Below are positions 37,501 through 51,690 of a stretch of DNA of 64,000 nucleotides, piece by piece (the first letter of the stretch is position 1; every line of letters begins with the position of its first letter). The notes below the pieces were generated by a model. The model worked only from the letters and a program-made list of their open reading frames with translations. It searched no databases and was not told the origin of the DNA. Source of the DNA: Octopus sinensis (taxonomy: Eukaryota); assembly GCF_006345805.1 (NCBI RefSeq), contig NC_043001.1, forward strand, positions 109,554,001 through 109,618,000, in the 5' to 3' direction. Both the position numbers and the translations under genes were made by a program.

Positions 37501-38966
37501 ACGTGCTCGAAAGGCAAGGTGGTTAACTATCTTGTTTGAGCTTCTTCGGTTTCGAGGTCATCACTCATTTATTCTCCGTTGACCTCTACTACATTTTAAG
37601 AATGACTGCAAAATTTATTTCGGAAATGCATGTCAATTTTCAACATCTGCTTGAACAAATTCCCTCCTCTTCCTCCGGGGGTGGTAATTATTGCTCATTA
37701 ATCATCTCTGTTGACATTGAGGCAATTTTATAAAACATAATTTTTTTATGAAAAGAAATTTTAAAAGTTTTGACTGTGGGAAATAATAACAAATTAACAG
37801 CAAATGAAAGTTGTTTTGGAATGTAAGACAACAGCAGAGGATTGAGAAGAATGGCAGCAGAAAGAACAAAGGTGGAAAATGTTTAAATTGTAACAATGTA
37901 GCCGCCTTTGTATCCATGTTGTTTTAGGCGAGTGATCGTGGTATTTTCTATTCTGCTGTAGATTTACCCAATGTTTTTGAATTTCCCAAACAGCTCTTAT
38001 CTATTCTTTAAATATAGGTCTTGTTTACGAGCGTTTCTAAACAATGATAAACCAAAAAAAAAAAAAGTAAACAGAAAACAAAAAATAAACACAATTTACT
38101 GGAATTCGAACTCAATTTTAAAAGGCAAATTTCTTAACACAAATTAATGACACAAATTTACTTGTCCAGATAATTCATCATCATTTGGAATTTTTCAGAT
38201 TTATACACGAAATAATAATTAGCAAACCCTTCATCATTTACGAATATATCTGCCATTGGCCTCCGAATATCAATTTTGTTTATGGAAAATATAGCAGTAT
38301 CGTTAATGAACATTCGATACAGTATTCGGTCAATTATGAATAATTTCTAGTTCAAAGTTTCTAGAAATGTGTTCACAAGTTCATACGAACATCAATTTTT
38401 ACGATTATTACTCACGAAATTAGAAGGAGAACCTGTCAATGCATCTATTACGGTTTCAGGGAAATCAGTGGTGTTCTATATCTTGTAATTTGTAGGCAAT
38501 TCAACATAAACAACAAATCTATAATTTCTTTTACATATCATTTTTATCTCTTTCTTAGAATTTTCCTCATGCATTCTATCTTGGTATTGATAGAAAAACG
38601 CGAGTAAAAATATATTAAGCGTATAAATTATTCTCTACAAATCTTATAAAATTAATGAAATGTTATTTAGCAGTAAAAAATATCTCTAAGCATATTTTAA
38701 GAAACGATAAACGACAAAATGAGAAAAATTGCATATCACCAAAAAGAACTGACCTCACTAGACATGTCTTGTATAAAATGCTAATAGCACAGGGTATTAG
38801 AAAAGGGTGGACAGAGAAGATAAAACTATAAGGGTAGATAATAATCGAGGGAAATATAATATTACTGATAAAAACAAATCCATAACTGACATTCATAATA
38901 GATAGATAGATATACATATATCTATATATAGATACATATACTTATATATATACATACATATATATA

Positions 38967-39061
<95 letters not shown>

Positions 39062-39330
39062 CGAGTACGACATTCAAAACGTTGGAGCAGTTTGAATGGG
39101 AAATGATGCTCCACCGAACATATTCGCCAGACGTTGCCCCATCTGATTATCATTTATTCCGCAGTCTTCAAAATCATTCGGACTGAAAAAATATGAATTG
39201 TGTAGACGAGGTCAGAACAATAATGCGGGAGTATTTTTCATCAAGAACAAGTGAATTCGGAAGAGGGTGCTTGCACGTCTACTATATAGATGGAAGAACA
39301 TGTAGAAAATATAGGAGAGTATTTTAGATT
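39062..39330 (+). pseudogene. mariner (DD34D) transposase C-terminal remnant
   Basis: [33 protein letters not shown]...DEVRTIMREYFSSRTSEF; the YSPD(L/V)APSD motif is diagnostic. Confidence 0.85.
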
Positions 39331-39428
39331 AAAAGAAAAGGACTTTGTTTATCTTAATGTGCGTCTATATCTGTGTGTATGTGTATGTAAATACAGTTAT
39401 GTTGAGTGTCATGATTAATAAAGCGCGC

Positions 39429-39534
<106 letters not shown>

Positions 39535-40859
39535 GTAAACTATGATTGCAGAACAAACAGATATAAGGTCATCAACGTACCATATCACGTCTCGAACATT
39601 TAATCGCATAATGATTTTTCATACACATAGAATATAGATGCATAAAATCACAGAAGATGAAACATAATTCATTAATACAAGCATAGTTTACTATATTTGT
39701 CTCATTTACTTGAGCACTTCTATAGCAGTCCTATTAAACAGTTTGTTCCTGATAAGAAACAATCACTTTATTATTGATATATATATATGGCATTTATTGT
39801 TCTCTTCGGAGGTTACTTCATTTTAAACTCTTATCTCCTCAGACTCTTTTCTGAGGAGATGCGACTCATAACAACTAGGTATGATTACCGTTTTGCATCG
39901 TAATTTAATCACATGTCTATGAAATAGTATGACGAAGCCATGAGTTAAAATAATTGTTCGTCGTCTTTATTAATATGAAAATCAGTACAACTCTATTTTT
40001 TTGTTTTGGAATAGAAATGCATTAAATTTCATGTTTGGAAAGTAATTTATTCAACTTGTGATGTTTCGATTTTCTTGACTAGTTTTCTATCTGATTGAAA
40101 CTTAATTCAGATTCAGACCCAATTGAAATATATGTTCAATAGTTTGATTTGAATAAAAAATAAAGAACATTGTTATGGATAACTCTTTTAAAAATTGTTT
40201 ATTTTCTTTCCTCGCAAGAGTAGTTATAATTATAGTATTTGTTTTAGTGATATCATGAATTTTGAATAGCAAAATATAGTTTGTAAAATATATAACTATC
40301 AGACAGCAAATGTTGTCTTGCTTTGCCAAATGAAACAAAATCAGTGCAAATTCGAAGGAGATGCGGACAATAAAAAGGACAAAAAAAGAAGAGAAAGGAA
40401 AAATATACAAATGAATTCACAAATTCGATTAGTACGGCGACATGCCGTCTAATAGCTAAAAATGATATATTTTTTGTTCTTGTTAGTCAATTATTGGAAA
40501 ATGTTTGCCATAATTTGTTAAGCAATCGAACATCTATTATATCCCGTTGCTAGGCTGAAAGTGCTGCGCAAACATCAAATAGAACACATTTTTATTTCAA
40601 GTAATTACATCACAGTAAAGAAGAGTGTATGTTATCAGCTTCTTTCATATTAACAAATGTGAATGGTACATGGTTATGATGAAAGTGTCTAAGATAAAGA
40701 AACTGGAAAACAAGCATGTGTAAGACACAAATACGCTTTAGTTGATTATATATCAAATAGGTATAGGAAAACATATACACGAATATGTACACACATATTT
40801 AGACTCACGGACACACAGACAGACACACTCTTATATAAGCGTATATTTCTATAACATAC

Positions 40860-40934
40860 ATGTACATTACTCTTTATATATATATGTGTGTGTGTGTATA
40901 TATATATATATGTATGTATATATATATATACATA

Positions 40935-40983
<49 letters not shown>

Positions 40984-41081
40984 GTATATGTATATATATG
41001 TATATGTTTATACATATATACATATATATACATATATATACATGTATATATTCACATATACACACATATTTATAGATACAT

Positions 41082-41118
<37 letters not shown>

Positions 41119-41201
41119 CGTATATACATACATATATATACATGTAGATATTCACATATACACACATATTTATATATATATATGCACACACACACACATA
41201 C

Positions 41202-41262
<61 letters not shown>
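40860..41262. repeat. (TA)n/(TACA)n tract
   Basis: Directly visible; source of ORFs 40742..41298. Confidence 0.95.
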
Positions 41263-41749
41263 AATTTACTTAATATAATATTGTATAAAGTTGATTAATT
41301 TAATTTACAGTAAATGAATATAGTACACTGCACAATAAAATATTTATGAATTATCTAGATTAGAAACTGCAATTATATTTAAATTTAAGTTATAACCTGT
41401 TTAGCTTGGCAGTGTTAATAACGGCGAAAAAGATGAAAGAAAAAGATCAATTGTTGTGTAATTACATTAAAATATAAGTTTCAATTGAAGCGTTTATTTA
41501 CTACTCTAAAAAGTATAAATGATAGCATTGTGTCCTTTTGTTGCTTAGACTTTGTCAAATCGGATTCAAGAGATCTATGATAATAATCTTTGACCTGTGA
41601 TCTTACTGTTTTGCATGCAGTGTCACCAAAGTAGAACAAACCAATGTTCCCTTCACTCCTTTAAATAAGATATCGATTATATTTAGGCGTACTTAAGCTA
41701 CAAGCATACATCGATCCATTGCATGTATTGAAAAGTATAAAGTTATGAA

Positions 41750-41968
41750 TATTCTTTCCTACTCTAGGTACAAGGTTCGAATTTTTTGAAAAGGGGGACC
41801 CAGTCGATTAGATCGACTCCAGTACGCAACTGGTACTTAATTTATTGACCCTGAAAGGGTGAAAGGAAAAGTCGACCATGGCGGAATATGTACTCAGAAC
41901 ATTAAGATAGACGAAATACTGATAAGCATTTCGCCCCGCGTTCTAACGTTTCTGCGAACTCGCCGCCT

Positions 41969-41970
<2 letters not shown>
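41750..41970 (-). mobile_element. tRNA-derived SINE
   Basis: Near full-length copy of the family at 18110 and 27520. Confidence 0.85.
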
Positions 41971-42000
<30 letters not shown>

Positions 42001-42003
42001 TAT

Positions 42004-42077
<74 letters not shown>

Positions 42078-42434
42078 GCATATCTATATATATATATATT
42101 AGAAGAAATGAGATACTCAGAAATTCGGATGGTTTTATATTTACAGATATTTATTTGTATATTACATGTTTTTATACATCATATAACTTAGATCATATAT
42201 TAGCGCTTTCTCCCATTCTAGTGGGGTTTTCAAATACATATATATATATAGAAAATAGTAAAAAGTGAAAAAACTACAGAAGGCTTGTTTTAAAAGGTTA
42301 AAAAATATATATTTGAGTCATTATGTCAGAAGAATGTTATAAATTTCTGTAGTTTTTTCACTTTTTACTATTTTCTACATATTCAACCACGTGCTTTCAC
42401 ACACCAACTTTCTCACCTATATATATATATATAA

Positions 42435-42600
42435 TCTTTTATACCCTAGGCACAAGGCCTGAAATTTATGGGGAGGAGTGTAGTTAATAAGATCGACCCC
42501 AGTACGCAACTGGTACTTAATTTATCGACGCGGAAGTGATGAAAAGCTAAGTCGACGTCGGCGGAATTTAAACTCAGAACGTAATACCGCTAAGTATTTC
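42435..42600 (-). mobile_element. tRNA-derived SINE, truncated, abutting the Tc1 5' break
   Basis: CCCTAGGCACAAGGCCTGAAA...GATCGACCCCAGTACGCAACTGGTAC...GTCGACGTCGGCGGAATTT. Confidence 0.8.
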
Positions 42601-43664
42601 AGATCTATCGGACTCTCAAAGAGGTCAAATTGTTGGTGCTCATATGGCAAGCATAGTGTAACGAAGACAGCCGAATATTTTGATGTATCAAGAAATACTC
42701 TCTCAAATGTAACGACCGCCTTTGAGAAAGAGGGAAAAACCTTGTTGAAACAACGTTCTGGATGGAAACCAAAACTTTCAGTTAGGGACCATTTGACTCT
42801 TACGCGAATTGTTAGATAGGATCACAAAAGTACAGTCCTAGAATTACTGCATAGCTTAATGACCACCTCGAGAATGTAGTTACCACAAAACACTGTTCGG
42901 CGGGAGCTGCACAAACTTGGATTTCATGGGAAGGCTGCAATCAAAAAACTACTTTAAAAAACAAACGTTGCAAAACGTTTATAGTGGATTAAAAATCTAC
43001 AGAATTGGTTCCTAGAGCAGTGGAAGAATGTTATTTTCTCGGATGAGTCATCCTTTACCATATTTCCGACCATACGTGTGGAGACAGCCAAAAGAAGTAT
43101 TTGACCTAGACTGCCTTCTTTTAACTGTTAAACATGGGGGTGGATCTGTGATGATTGGGGGGGGGGTGCTGTATCTTGGAAATACGCCAGCCCAGTGGTT
43201 TCCCTTCATGGCTGAATTAATAGTCAAGCCTATTTAAGCATTTTATCTGATCAAATTCATCCTCTGGTTGCGGAACTGTGTCCAGAGAAAAACACAATCT
43301 TTCAGGATGATAATGCACCAATTCACACAGCAAAGTTTCTTACTGAATGACACGAGGAACATTCTAGTGAAGTTGAACACATTTTCTGGCCATCATAGTC
43401 CCAAGATTACAATATTATCGAACATTTATTGTGCATTTTAGAAAAACAAGTAAGGAGTTGACATCCTCCACCGTCATCACTACAAGAACTGTTAACTGTT
43501 TTAGCTGAAGAATGGACAAAAATTCATTTGGAAACGATTCAAACTTAGTATGAGTCTGTATCTCAGAATTCAAGCTGTAATTATTGCCAAAGGTGTCCCT
43601 ACCCCATATTAAGATAAATTTGTTTGAAATTTTGAGTTGTTTTCATTATTTTGTCCAACCCTTG
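42601..43664 (+). mobile_element. Tc1 (DD34E-type) transposon; near full-length decayed transposase, 3' TIR present
   Basis: DLSDSQRGQIVGA...VRRELHKLGFHG...WKNVIFSDES...TVKHGGGSVMI...IFQDDNAPIH...WPS*SQDYNIIEHL...AVIIAKG.PTPY* (to 43612). Ends CATTATTTTGTCCAACCCTTG-TA; many stops and frameshifts. Confidence 0.9.
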
Positions 43665-45760
43665 TATACACACATACATGTATATATGTATGTGTGCGTG
43701 TATATGTGTGTGTTTGTGCGTGTGTGTGTATTCGTTTTGCCTCTCACAAAATTGTAAAATGTAGATTTGGAATCCAAACTGTGCAAGTTTTAAATAAAAT
43801 GGCTTCCATCTAGTAGTGACTTTGCTGAATGGCCGTAGAGTGCCAATAAAGTAAATTGTTTTTGCTTAGGGTACACGTTAAATCAATTAGAAGTTTACAG
43901 GCTATATGAGTATGTCACTTCACATAGTAAGTGATAGTGATAGTAAAGATATACAACGTTGCTCAAAATAAAAAATAAAAGTGAACACGACTTTTTAGAT
44001 ATAACAGTCACATTCCACTTAAAACTTATGCTAATACTTAAAAAGATAGCTGAAAACACGAAAGGTTATAATCGTAAATGCACTGAACCAGAATATACAA
44101 TTACCAGCTGCTCTGATCAGGGTTAAATATCAACCATATAATAGCGGTCTCATTCTTCTAACTTGATACAAATAAAATACTGAATATTGTGAAGCCATCG
44201 TTTAGAAACGATTGAGGAACTTCTATGATTATGCGAACTAACTACGCTTCAACTAAGAAGTGGGAACATCACCTTCTGAGCAATTGTTACTCTTGTTAAT
44301 GATAGCTAATTGGTATATGTCATAAAGAACCTCATCACTCATAACCCATGGTGCTTCATGCATGAGATATTGTTTCAATTAATATTGTGAGTAATTCGAT
44401 TTTCTTGTTATTTTTGTTTTGCGAAAACATTAACGAAGGTGACGCATGCAGCGATTATCTGTGAGCATCTCACGAGAGATATAAGCAATCAAGAAACAGA
44501 CATATTTATGATTATCACGTGACCAATAACACGGATCGATTTTATTTCTTTTGAAATTCTTTTTTAATCTCTTTTTTCTGGTTGTCATATGGAATGCTTA
44601 ACCCACACTGGGGAGCAATAAATTTAACGAGTTTCTGTTATTTTAAATTGCAATGGAATTACATTCTCTTTCGACTTTGAAGCAGGCGTAAGATTTATTG
44701 GAAAACAGGGAGAGATAGCTATGATATTAATTTTCTTATCAAGTTCACTCTCAATAAAACGGATTGAGTTGTTTTCAAATAGGAATCTTTCACAACTGAA
44801 ACTACATTAATTTTTTTTACAAGTAATTCGAGTCCCTTCAAACAAAAGAATTATATTTCCAAAAATTTTCTTCGTTTCATATGCATACGTTTTTTAAGAC
44901 GTGCAAATCTATGGGGATGATATTTAAATAAGAATTATTTTACGAAGGATAATCGTTTTATCAATTGTTGTATTATTTTTGCTCCTATTTAGGGGCATGA
45001 AACACATTTTGATATTCGGGGTATCAATGAATATAGATCTCTTTACCAAAACTTTGGTCGACATTATTCAATGTCTTCTTTGTTTTCTGTGAAGTTAAAT
45101 CCCATTCCAAAGATATTTAATTGTCCAATCTTTTCAACTGACTGCTTGAAAGTTCAAACCTTGACTTGTTATATTATAAATAAAAAAGAAAATTGCTTTT
45201 TATTGGTCAAACTTTATTGAATCATACATTGAGACAGACGCAATATACATCCAGCAATATACATCCAGTAAAGGCCCAGATATGCTGTAGGCAGTCACAT
45301 CTCGAATTGTGTATGATTAACAGAGTCGAATATGATGCGCAAATATTACAGCAATGAAATATAAAACAGTTTATGTTTTTAAAATGCCTACATTATATAG
45401 CTATTCGCCTTTTATTAATTAGTTACTATTGACCGTATTATACAGGAAGAACAACGCGAGAATATTTGTTTCTGCTACGTTAACTCTATTATTTCATCTG
45501 TTACCATAAAAGTTTAAAATTTCCAGCTGTCTCTGATGAACAGCAACTGGAAATACAGCATGGACCACCTTTGTATCGAGGTGTCCTTCTTCCAGTGTGA
45601 ATCCCAATTTCTAATTGTATCACATGAACACAGAATGACCCTTTATTATTGAGAGATTATAGGCTGCTCGGACCCATCGACCCTAGTATTTCTCTGATCC
45701 TTATTTTAACGTGGAGGAAGACTGAACAGCACATTAAATCGATAGGTGAAAGAGGGTTGT

Positions 45761-45900
45761 ATATTTGCCACTTAAATGTGGCTGACCCTTAAAGGTAGAT
45801 GCTACTGTAGCTTGTAGCCGCAGAAGGACACCTTCTCCTTTGGCTACAAGCTACAGTAGCATCACCCTTAAAGGGTTAGCCACATTTAAGTGACAAATAT
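45761..45900. repeat. Long hairpin, ~67-70-bp arms with a 3-nt loop
   Basis: ATATTTGCCACTTAAATGTGGCT...GATGCTACTGTAGCTTGTAGCC...AGAAGG-ACA-CCTTCT...GGCTACAAGCTACAGTAGCATC...AGCCACATTTAAGTGACAAATAT. Confidence 0.9.
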
Positions 45901-46553
45901 ACTTCACGATGTCGTGCAGCTACTGTTTATACCTTGCTCAGAGCTTTATTATTAAAAGTGTGTAACTGTATACTTGTTGCTAAACCCTTAATTATATTTA
46001 TAATTATGCAAAAAAAACTTTTCGTACAAGATTTTAACGATAATGGTTTTTTCCATATCGAAACTACTTGGTAAAATTTATTAATTATTAAATTAATAAT
46101 TCTTTACCCTATATCTGTGATGATTATTTCACTCCCATATAGCAAACTGCAGTTTTTTTTTTCTGCGGTACTATCTTGTGACGCACATGGTAACATTGAA
46201 GGGAAAATATGAGTTCACTTGCCTATATAAATTTGGATATGTTGACTACCTTGTGTTATGTTTCGATGGCGTTTTGTCGAAGATGCAAAGGGTAGGTGTT
46301 TTAGCATTTTCAAATTTATAATTCACGAAATATTATGTTGATGGAGGAAATGAATTTGTATAATTCTAATCCAGAAACGCGTCCATAATTAATCGTAGAC
46401 TGTTTGATTTCGTTATTTTTTCTTCTTTTTGCCTGAGTTACAAATATTGTTGTCTGTGGAGTCATATTTATAGTTAAAAGAATTAGCTGTCTTTTGGCTG
46501 CTATTTCTAAATTTTCGGTATGTGGTGAAGCAACTTGTTGCTAAACCCTTCAT

Positions 46554-46607
<54 letters not shown>

Positions 46608-47849
46608 CACACACATATACACATATATATATATTTATTTAATTATGCACGTGTGCGTATGAATGTATCTGTTTCTTGTAACCTAATCCCACTGCTTAAT
46701 GACCCATGATGGTCTGTTTTTGTCTCTATAATTTAACAGTTCGGCCGCTAAGGAGACCAATAGACCAATAAGAACTAAGCTTATGGAAATAAGTTGTTGG
46801 TTTGATTCGATCGAGTGAACACTTCAAAGTGGTATCCCAGCAATGTGGCAGTCTCATGACAAAAACAAGGGAAAAATTTAATACTCTCACATACGCATAT
46901 TTATATATATATATACACACATACAAACATATACGTATATATTTATATAACATAAACCAACACCATGACTGCACTTGAGGATATCAATGAATCAATACAG
47001 TGGAAGTATGCGCATCAATGCTGATCATTGAAATATAAAGCATGTCTTGCAGAAGTGAAAAACGATTCAGACATTTACCATTCATTTTAACAAATATTTT
47101 AATATTCAGTATCAATATTTATATTGGCGTAGGATCCAAAAGATATAAATCATTGACTTGTCAATAACGATATTAATAGCTTTGTGATTACCGGAAGTGG
47201 ATCCTAGACAACGTCGAATCAACATTAGGATATGAATTATGGAAAACATCTAAATATTTCAAATCATTCAAATGTCAATAATAGTTACAAGTAAAAATAT
47301 CCTGAAACGAGCGACAGTTAACAGTTGCATTGTGATACAGAATTTTGAGATTTCCTTAATGCTATATTTGAATTAACATGCGTCTGAATTAAGGATTCTA
47401 AAGAGGATCCTGCATATCTTTTCAAATGTAAGATCATCTGAATATTTACATATTTATGCATATTTATGCTTCGTTTCGTTTTTGTTAAGTTGGCGCCTCA
47501 GAAATATATTTTCAGATGCAAGTTATGATTATATTTTAAGAATGAAGCAATCAGTAAATATCAGAAATACTCGCGTTCTGTTATTAAAATAATTCGTATT
47601 GAATAAGCAGACAAAAGGCCAATATGTTGCTCATTTTCTTTATATTTAGGGATATTTTGAATTGAATCAACGGCTGTGAATTACAGACACAACGCATATT
47701 GATGCAGAAATTTTACAAATCAATGCAGTCCCTGGTTGGTAAAATATCGTAAAAAAACTCATATTACATCGATAAAGTTAACCATTGGCTACGATTTAAT
47801 CAACTGAGAAGGAACGTCGTCCATGGTATTTTTCGAGTCTTCTAAGATT

Positions 47850-47925
47850 GTGACACCTTGGGTAAGTGTCTTTTACTATAGCCTCGGGCCGCCCAAAGCC
47901 TTGTGAGTGGTTTTGGTAGATGGAA

Positions 47926-47966
<41 letters not shown>

Positions 47967-48180
47967 TTGTGTGTCTGTGTTTGTCCCCCCAAATCGCTTG
48001 ACAACCGATGCTGGTGTGTTTACGTCCCCGTAACTTAGCTGTTCGGCAAAAGAGACCGATAGAGTAAGTACTAGGCTTACAAAGAATAAGTCCGGGATCG
48101 ATTTGCTCGACTAAAGGCGGTACTCCTGCATGGCCGCAGTCAAATGACTGAAACAAGTAAAAGAGTAAAAGAGTAATCAG
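47850..48180. mobile_element. CORE-SINE fragment (+) joined via (TG)n to a SINE-like repeat (-)
   Basis: Homologous to 16840-17005 and to the reverse complement of 16200-16460. Confidence 0.75.
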
Positions 48181-48301
48181 GATGTGTTGTTTATAACGCC
48201 TTAAACTGCGGTAAATGACCTCGTGTTGATGACAAATGCAAAAGAGCACAGATTATATCGTTTGACAATATTTTATCAGCAATGGCAGAAGCCATGTTGT
48301 A

Positions 48302-48389
48302 TCACGGGATCTCACTGTATTTCGGATCATCATTCACAGACAGCCATACACGGAATACTAAACAAAACAACCTGGTTATGTTAGCTGTG
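48302..48389 (-). CDS. Candidate exon of an unidentified gene
   Basis: Strong acceptor TTTTTCTCTTTACTTAG. Entering in phase 2 gives TANITRLFCLVFRVWLSVNDDPKYSEIP*; an alternative donor ACA|GTGAGA lies before the stop. No homology confirmed. Confidence 0.25.
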
Positions 48390-49132
48390 CTAAGTAAAGA
48401 GAAAAATATTCATCCACCTGGCTTGTAGAGAACACTTACATTTTCTTGTTTTTTCAAACATTATGTCATTAACTTATGCATAGGTCATTAATTATTCATG
48501 AGTCTTTCAAAAGAAATTGATATAACATTCAGATTATTCTCCATACATTTACAAATGTTAACACAATTAATCAAAAATATAATAACAAAAATAAAATGAT
48601 CTCTAAATATATCTTGATCTCTACCTACCGAGGCGTTCCTATTGCTCTGCAATACTTCTGTAGTATCTGAACGAGTATTAAACATCTACATTTTTCCTTC
48701 TATTACCAAATCTCAGAACTTACGTTTATGCAATGTACAGAATATTATCATAAAATTGCCTCCCGATTAAATGTATCTTATTGATTAAATGTAATATATT
48801 CATTAAATTGCGACTTTGCTACTACAATATTCCCTCTCCGTTTACGGTTGATGAGCAAATGGTAACAATAATTACGTTATTTTAATTTACGACATTAATA
48901 ACGAAAAGGAAATATTCATTAAAATATAATGTTTGATTATATCATTAACACGAAGATAGTTAAATATTACAGGTGCCAATAACGCAGGTAGAATCATTAG
49001 CATGTTTGGTAAGATGCTTAGAGGCATTTCGTCCGTCTTCACGTTGTAAGTTCAAGCTCGGCTTTGCTTTTACACTTTCAGGGTCGGTAAAATTAAGCAA
49101 CATTCATTTCAGCACTGCGGTCTACCTCATTG

Positions 49133-49530
49133 TCTAGATCGCTCTGTCCATCAATATCATTTTCCCATTACATACGATGCCCCCTTTGTTACTTCCTGCG
49201 TATGTTTTTTACCAACCAGTTAACAATTACAAAAACACTTCCACTAACCTACTTCACGCACACACACATCACTATACATCGTATCCGCTACCAAACACAC
49301 ATCTACTCCTATACTATCATAACCACACCCGCTCCTTCCTCTTATCTTAACTGTTCACATGGAACAGCTCTGCCACCTGGTTTCTATTGATTCACCCATT
49401 TTCTTTCACTATTTGTCTTTTTCATACTTTTAGACTTCTCTCTTTCTTGTGATAAAGGACTAACTTCCGAAACGTTACTTACCCCTGTCTTCCAATAAAG
49501 TGTTCAGCTGATACATTATTTGCTAAACGT
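49133..49530 (+). mobile_element. PLE-like 3' remnant, copy 1
   Basis: Direct repeat of 50853-51285; contains the degenerate motif GTGATAA-A-GGA-CTAACT-TCC-GAA-ACGT-T. Confidence 0.6.
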
Positions 49531-49677
49531 TGCCTTACCTGCCCCTCCGAAAGTATTGTCCTTGCGTTACAATCTGAAATCAATATTAAAGATGATGGCG
49601 AGCTGGCAGCATCATTAGCACGCCGGGAAAAATCGTGAGCTGATCGCCCTAACCACTAAGCCACGCGCCTTCACTAA

Positions 49678-49696
49678 TATATAGATAGATAAATAA

Positions 49697-49759
<63 letters not shown>

Positions 49760-49760
49760 G

Positions 49761-49797
<37 letters not shown>

Positions 49798-49895
49798 CAT
49801 AGATACATAGATAATAGACAGATAAATAGCTAGATAGATAAATAGATAGATAACAGGTAGATAGATAATAGATAGAAAGATAGATTGATAGACAG
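49678..49895. repeat. (GATA)n microsatellite
   Basis: Directly visible. Confidence 0.95.
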
Positions 49896-50852
49896 ATATT
49901 AAAGAGAAGCTGATTTAGGTGTGTACACACCATTTGACGACATGTGAAATGAAATATATCCTCAGTGACAAATAGCGGTTATTAGCTTGTTCCCCAATTC
50001 GAACGTGCATCAAGCTTATTAGCATTGATAAATAAAATTGCAATTTCACTTATCACTGCTTAGCGCTCCCCCTCCGTAAACACAAAAACATACTGCAGTT
50101 TATCCGATATCTACTTTCCTTGATAGAGAACCATACTTGTATTTGAAAACACACAACGGAACACGCCTCCAATCATCAATACACTGACTCGCACTTAGGC
50201 GCTGCCACTTTTATACAAACGTCTCCAATCAACACGTATACACGCATAAACATAGACACTCCGATATACGTAGGCAAGCTCACCCACTCACATGCCATCA
50301 TACATGCATTCCCAAGTGCACGTACGTTCTTCCTCGCCTCGCCACTCCTGCTTTTCGTCGACAGCTGCGGATCACACTATTTCCTCTCTCATTCATTTCC
50401 CGCCTTGGCTTAACCGCCAATAATTTCTTAAGTTGTCAACACCTCCCATTTCGCCTGCTGGATTTCACCCGGTCTTCATTATTCTTTCAAAAGAAATAAA
50501 TTCCATCGATACCATCCTTTTTGTTTTCTCAAAAACGTGTGAAAAAGTGATTTTCTCAGTTGTATAACTTCTATAGTGAAACATATTCAACATTTCTCAA
50601 CCAAACAATTTACTATCAAAATCATGTTCTGCAGATTTTACCAATTCATTACAATTCTGTGAATATTCCATCAAAGTTTCCGGATTTTCTACCAGCTTTT
50701 TGTTTAATTTTTACCCGTTTTTGACGTCTATTTCCTTATAAAAAATGTATACGGTTTCCTTTTTGTTTCTCTTTCCTTTTGTAGTTAAAGAAGCAATCGC
50801 TTACACACCCATACTTAGTTTTGTCACACGCTTGCACACTCATCTACCGCAT

Positions 50853-51285
50853 TGTCTAGATCACTCTGTCCATCAATATCCTTTTCCCATTACATTCGAT
50901 GCCCTTTCTTACTTCCTGTGTATTTTTTTTTACCGCCCAGTTAACAATTACAAACACACTTCCACTAAACTACACCACATTAATTCGTTACGCACAAGAA
51001 CTTCACGCACATAAACACAACTATACATCGTATCCGCTACCAAGCACACATCTATTCCTATACTAGCATATCCACACCCGCTCCTTCCTCTTATCTTAAC
51101 TGTTCACATGGAACAGTTCTGCCACCTGGTTTCTATTGATTCACCCATTTTCTTTCACTATTTGTCTTTTTCATACTTTTATACTTCTCTCTTTCTTGTG
51201 ATATAGGACTAACTTCCGAAACGTTACTTACTCCTGTCTTCCCAATAAAGTGTTCAGCTGATACATTATTTGCTAAACGTTATTG
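50853..51285 (+). mobile_element. PLE-like 3' remnant, copy 2
   Basis: Highly similar to 49133-49530, with a ~20-bp insertion relative to it. Confidence 0.6.
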
Positions 51286-51297
51286 CTTTGTTGCCTT

Positions 51298-51690
51298 TAA
51301 GAGGTGATATCAAAAAGTTCTGCGACTAGTTCTGTAACGTACCAACAGATGACAGCACACGGTTGCATGCGCAGTGACCTTCATGAGGCAGTGTGCCGAG
51401 TAACATCACTGAGTTGTGAAATTTGTGTTTGTGTTTTTACATGTATTTTGTAGTTTGCGATTTTTGTCATGAACAGGAATCTGGAACAAAGAGCCAATGT
51501 TAAACTTTTTCGCTAAACTTGGGAAGTCTGCTACAGAAACATTGAGCATATTTCAGCAAGCATACGGTGACGAGCAATGAGTCCTAGACTATGTTTCAAG
51601 TGACACGAGCTCATCAAAAGCGGAAGAGCGTCCTTGGAAGACGACGGGTGATCTGAAGACCTGCCACGAACATTATTCCTGGCCTGGAAA
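51298..51690 (+). mobile_element. mariner 5' half (TIR plus N-terminal transposase remnant)
   Basis: TIR-like GAGGTGATATCAAAAAGTTC. From ATG 51469, with frameshifts: MNRNLEQRANVK..AKLGKSATETLSIFQQAYGDE...KSGRASLEDD. Confidence 0.75.

Noticed and set aside
45520-45560. CTGATGA-A-CAG-CAA-CTG-GAAA as an intact hammerhead
   Set aside because: The core is canonical, but stem III and an adjacent stem I cannot be formed; at most a decayed relic.
48195-48296. Minus-strand CAACATGG start giving MASAIADKILSNDIICALL...
   Set aside because: Only 34 codons, with no convincing donor and no recognisable homology.
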